64,000 nucleotides of DNA, from the NCBI GenBank assembly GCA_950097015.1, contig CATNEN010000025.1, forward strand, positions 6,386,001-6,450,000, read 5' to 3'. This document shows, one piece after another, positions 60,503-64,000 of this stretch. This DNA comes from Macrostomum hystrix. Its lineage: Eukaryota; Animalia; Platyhelminthes. Under the pieces are notes generated by a model. It saw only the letters and a list, made by a program, of their open reading frames with translations. It ran no database searches and was not told the DNA's origin. Position numbers and translations under genes: made by a program. Position 1 is the first letter of the stretch; every line of letters starts with the position of its first letter.

Positions 60503-61800
60503 TATAAATTATGCAGTTGGCTCACTACACTTAACTAAATTGGCTAGATAGGCCTAACTGCCAATGGCAATGACAATGCCAATAGAATGGTAGTTTGGTC
60601 TAGCTTAGCTATTATTGTGTTGTGTGGCATTTCTAGTGGTTATACAACTTAACAGCTATGCTACCTATATTTGTTTAGTCTTTAGTTTAGTTGGGTAATG
60701 TATCATCAACCAAACAAGAATATGGATTTTTTAACTTCGAACCTAAGCTACAGATTTTCTATTTAAGATATGATTCTAAATCAAAAGCCAAGTTATTGAA
60801 AACATTTATAACTTTCTAAAAAGTATATGCTTTTGCTATTTTGTCAAATAGGAAAAAAGTTTTTCATGTTTTCATCTAAAACCAAACAATGATTTTCATA
60901 TATCTTCAAACTGAATGGAGAATTTGATGTTCAGTTTTACAATTTGAGTGAGTGGTTTAATCTTATTTTAAGGAGTGAACTATCATGAATTATGTCATTT
61001 GAAAAAATTTTTGATGTGCACCGCTGTGCAGAAATTTTTTTCTGCCTCTTGGCTGCACGCCATGCACTCGGCGCATCACTGCCCAAGACCCCTGTTGCAG
61101 GCGAGAATTTTCCACAAAAAACTGCATCTTTGGGAGTATGGGTTAGTCAGAATTAAGTCAAAGAAATAATAGTATATTGGAACCTTTTCTATTAATCCTT
61201 TGCTTGGAGATTTTTGTCTGATAGGAAACAATGTCTGATAGGAAACAATGTCTATTAGCTACAATATAAAAAAAATGACTTCTAGTTATAAAGAAACCTT
61301 ACAAATTTAGCAGTCTCACTTGTAGCTTTTGTAGGACCATTACTAGCCATCAATTGAGTTAGCATGTTGTAGGTCTCATGACTTGTAGGTCTCATGATGC
61401 TACATATGGCTTTGCCATAATTAGGCAGCTAAGTAGCAAGTCCATGATGGTTCAAGTCACACAAGACAATTATAGTCACAAAGACAGGTTGTCTAGCCAT
61501 GTTGACAAGGGCTGATAAATAAAAAACTTTGATGAAAAACATTTGAAGAAACCGAAGAATTGCTATAAATCTATATTTTTTGTATTCTCTTTTGTATTTT
61601 GATTGTTATAAATAACATTTAGTTTAGAGAAAATTTTATAGGTAGTAGAAAAATAATTCAAATTTCTATGACTCTTTAAGTTGTTTCTGATATATACATA
61701 GTTTGGCTGTAATTTTAGTATAGTCGATGGCTTGAAACATATTGTATCTTGGAGAGGCTAAAATTGAAACTCCCCATTGTCTTGCAGCACTTGCATTCAC

Positions 61801-63480
61801 ATGGTGCATACAAGGCGCTCAGATGCTTACGACGCTGCTGATGGCCGCAATGTCAATGGCAGCAATGCCAGTTGCTCGCCAGTGTTTAATCATCGAAAAT
61901 CTACAGCCAGCCTTTCACCGCCGCGTCAGCTGCAGCCTCTGCAGCATCATCACCAGCATCAGAATCAACATCAGCACCATCGCCCGCAGCAGCAGGTTCA
62001 AGACTTCGAGGCTCGGTTAGATGGCAGGCCTCGACGTATGGCCTCTTGTGAGAACGGCGTCGGCGTCAGCATTGGCGCCGGCAGTCATCCGGCAGACGGT
62101 CGAAAGCGTCGCCTTCGCTATGCCATCAGCACCGAGGATGAGGACGACGAAGATGCCGCCGCGCAAGTGACGGTAAATGGAAACCAGGTACATAGCGAAG
62201 ATGATGAAGAGGAGGCCGCTTCATCGGCGCTTGACAGTGGCAGGCGGAGGCACCGGCGCGCCGAGCGCTTGTCGATGCGTCGCCGGCAAAAGCGACCTCG
62301 GCGTCATTTGAGACAAAGCGAGTCAGATGCGGATGAGGCGGCCGAGCAGCGGCAAGAAGAAAATCAACAGGCCGAGACTTCGGCAACAGCAGCCGACGGT
62401 GTCTCCGAACCCAAGGACGAGCCGCAGTTCTCCGACATGTACACCCGGGTGAAACGGCCGCGCAAGAAGTTCATCCGGGACATGTACGGCCAGCTAGTTG
62501 CCGTTGATGATCAAGGCGGCGCCAAGGACGACGATGACGACGACGACGAGGAAGACGAAGACGAGGGCGCGACGGGGGAAGACGGGCAGCAGCGCCGGAC
62601 GTATCAGTTGCGGCAGCACAGACGGCGCACCGACATCTATCAGACCTCTGCGTACGAGGCCGTGCCACGGCGCAGGCGCGGTCGCGGCATCAGCGGCGGC
62701 GGCATCGGCGTTGGCGGCGGCAGTCACGAGGCGTTGTTTCGTCGCCAGCGATCGCCCAGCCGGGTCAGGCGGCGTCATCGACGCTCGCTGCAGCGCAATC
62801 GGCACGGTTCTTCAAGCACAGAGTCGTCGTCTTCGTCTGGTGACGGCGCTTCCTCCGACGATGACAACGCTGACGAGCGTCGTTTTCTTCGTCGCAAGAA
62901 TCGCAGCATGGCCAAGGCTCGCCTCCGCTGCCTGCCCATGAATCTGGCCATGGAGGATGCCGAGCGCGGCATTCGGCGCGATCGATCAAAGATTGGCGCC
63001 AGCCTGGCTGATGTAGATCCGATGTCCATCGATACTGGCATCACATTTGAATCCATTGGCGGCTTGGGCGAACATCTGCGCTCACTAAAAGAGATGCTGG
63101 TGTTTCCTATGCTCTATCCGGAGGTGTTCTCACACCTGCGGGTCGATCCGCCTAGAGGCGTCCTGTTCTATGGTCCGCCCGGCTGCGGCAAGACCCTTGT
63201 TGCCAGGGCTCTGGCTAACGAGTGCGGCCGAGGCAAAGCTAGGCGCAAAGTGGCTTTCTTTATGCGCAAAGGCGCCGACTGTCTCAGCAAGTGGGTTGGA
63301 GAGAGCGAGCGTCAGCTCCGTCTGCTGTTCGATCAGGCCTATCAGATGCGGCCTAGCATCATCTTTTTTGACGAGATTGACGGCTTGGCGCCGGTTCGGT
63401 CAACTCGACAGGATCAAATTCACAGCTCCATCGTTAGCACCCTGCTGGCTCTGATGGACGGCTTGGACGCGCGCGGAGAG
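61801..63480 (+). CDS. ATAD2: ATAD2/ATAD2B (Yta7/LEX-1-type AAA+ bromodomain ATPase), first coding exon: acidic N-terminus and first AAA domain
   Basis: GASLADVDPM..D..ITFESIGGL..HLRSLKEMLVFPMLYPEVF, Walker A GPPGCGKT, FFMRKGADCLSKWVGESERQLRLLFDQA, Walker B IIFFDE, QDQIHSSIVSTLLALMDGLDARGE; TTGCAG acceptor at 61787; ATG 61801. Confidence 0.93.
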
Positions 63481-63944
63481 GTTGGTGCATGTTTTGATCC
63501 ATTTTTCTGCCATTACGATGAATTAACTTTCGAAGCTGTCGGCATCGGTCGTCGAGATTTTCAGCTATTGTTTTCAAAGACCCTAGTGACAAGAAAAACT
63601 AACAGTACCTCTATGGCTAATCAATATTCGTTCAATAATCCGAGTGTGTCAGTCTCAGGGACCTTTGTTCTCAGCATCCCAGGCACTAGGGTCCCCTTCA
63701 TCGACGTCTGGAGCATCGGTGGCGACAGTCGGGACCTGCAAAAAGCACCCGATGAGAACAAATGTCCCTGGGACAGATTGACATTGTTTGTGGAGCCTAC
63801 TGTTTTTCGTAGGACGTACTTTCTACGTCCTTACCAAAAATTGGTTGATAAGGACGCTTTTTATGAAATTAACACATGGTTGCTATGGAGGCTAGTGCAT
63901 AACTCACGTATTACCATTGCCCCTGTTTCCCATCCATCCCCCAG

Positions 63945-64000
63945 GTGATCGTGATTGGCGCCACGAATCGCTTAGACAGCATCGATCCAGCGCTGCGTCG
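63945..64000 (+). CDS. ATAD2: ATAD2 next exon, truncated by the window end (VIVIGATNRLDSIDPALRR)
   Basis: CCCCAG acceptor, phase 0; continues the AAA domain with sensor I ATNR and the SRH. Confidence 0.92.
   Translation, partial: MIVIGATNRLDSIDPALR

Overview
Eukaryotic (animal) genomic DNA. The spliced genes, CAG/poly-Q-rich exons, splice acceptors just upstream of start codons and very dense minisatellites suggest a Macrostomum-like flatworm; this is an inference, not confirmed. Six protein-coding genes are supported: a KIAA0513-like gene (+, 6 exons) with a very long glutenin-like GQLGQQ repeat, a two-exon SoxB1 (-), a single-exon class A GPCR (+), FAM78 (-), CCDC24 (-, 3 exons) and the 5' part of ATAD2 (+). 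Roughly 30% of the window is about 20 mutually unrelated tandem arrays, and these explain most of the long ORFs in the supplied track. There are also two tRNA-derived SINE families (three copies each; one has a CORE-like domain) and tiny foldback elements. The most notable observation is at 20350-20459 (-): a complete minimal type I hammerhead ribozyme sits between the A box and B box of a tRNA-like Pol III unit that ends in a T6 terminator. It lies about 2.3 kb downstream of SoxB1 on the same strand.
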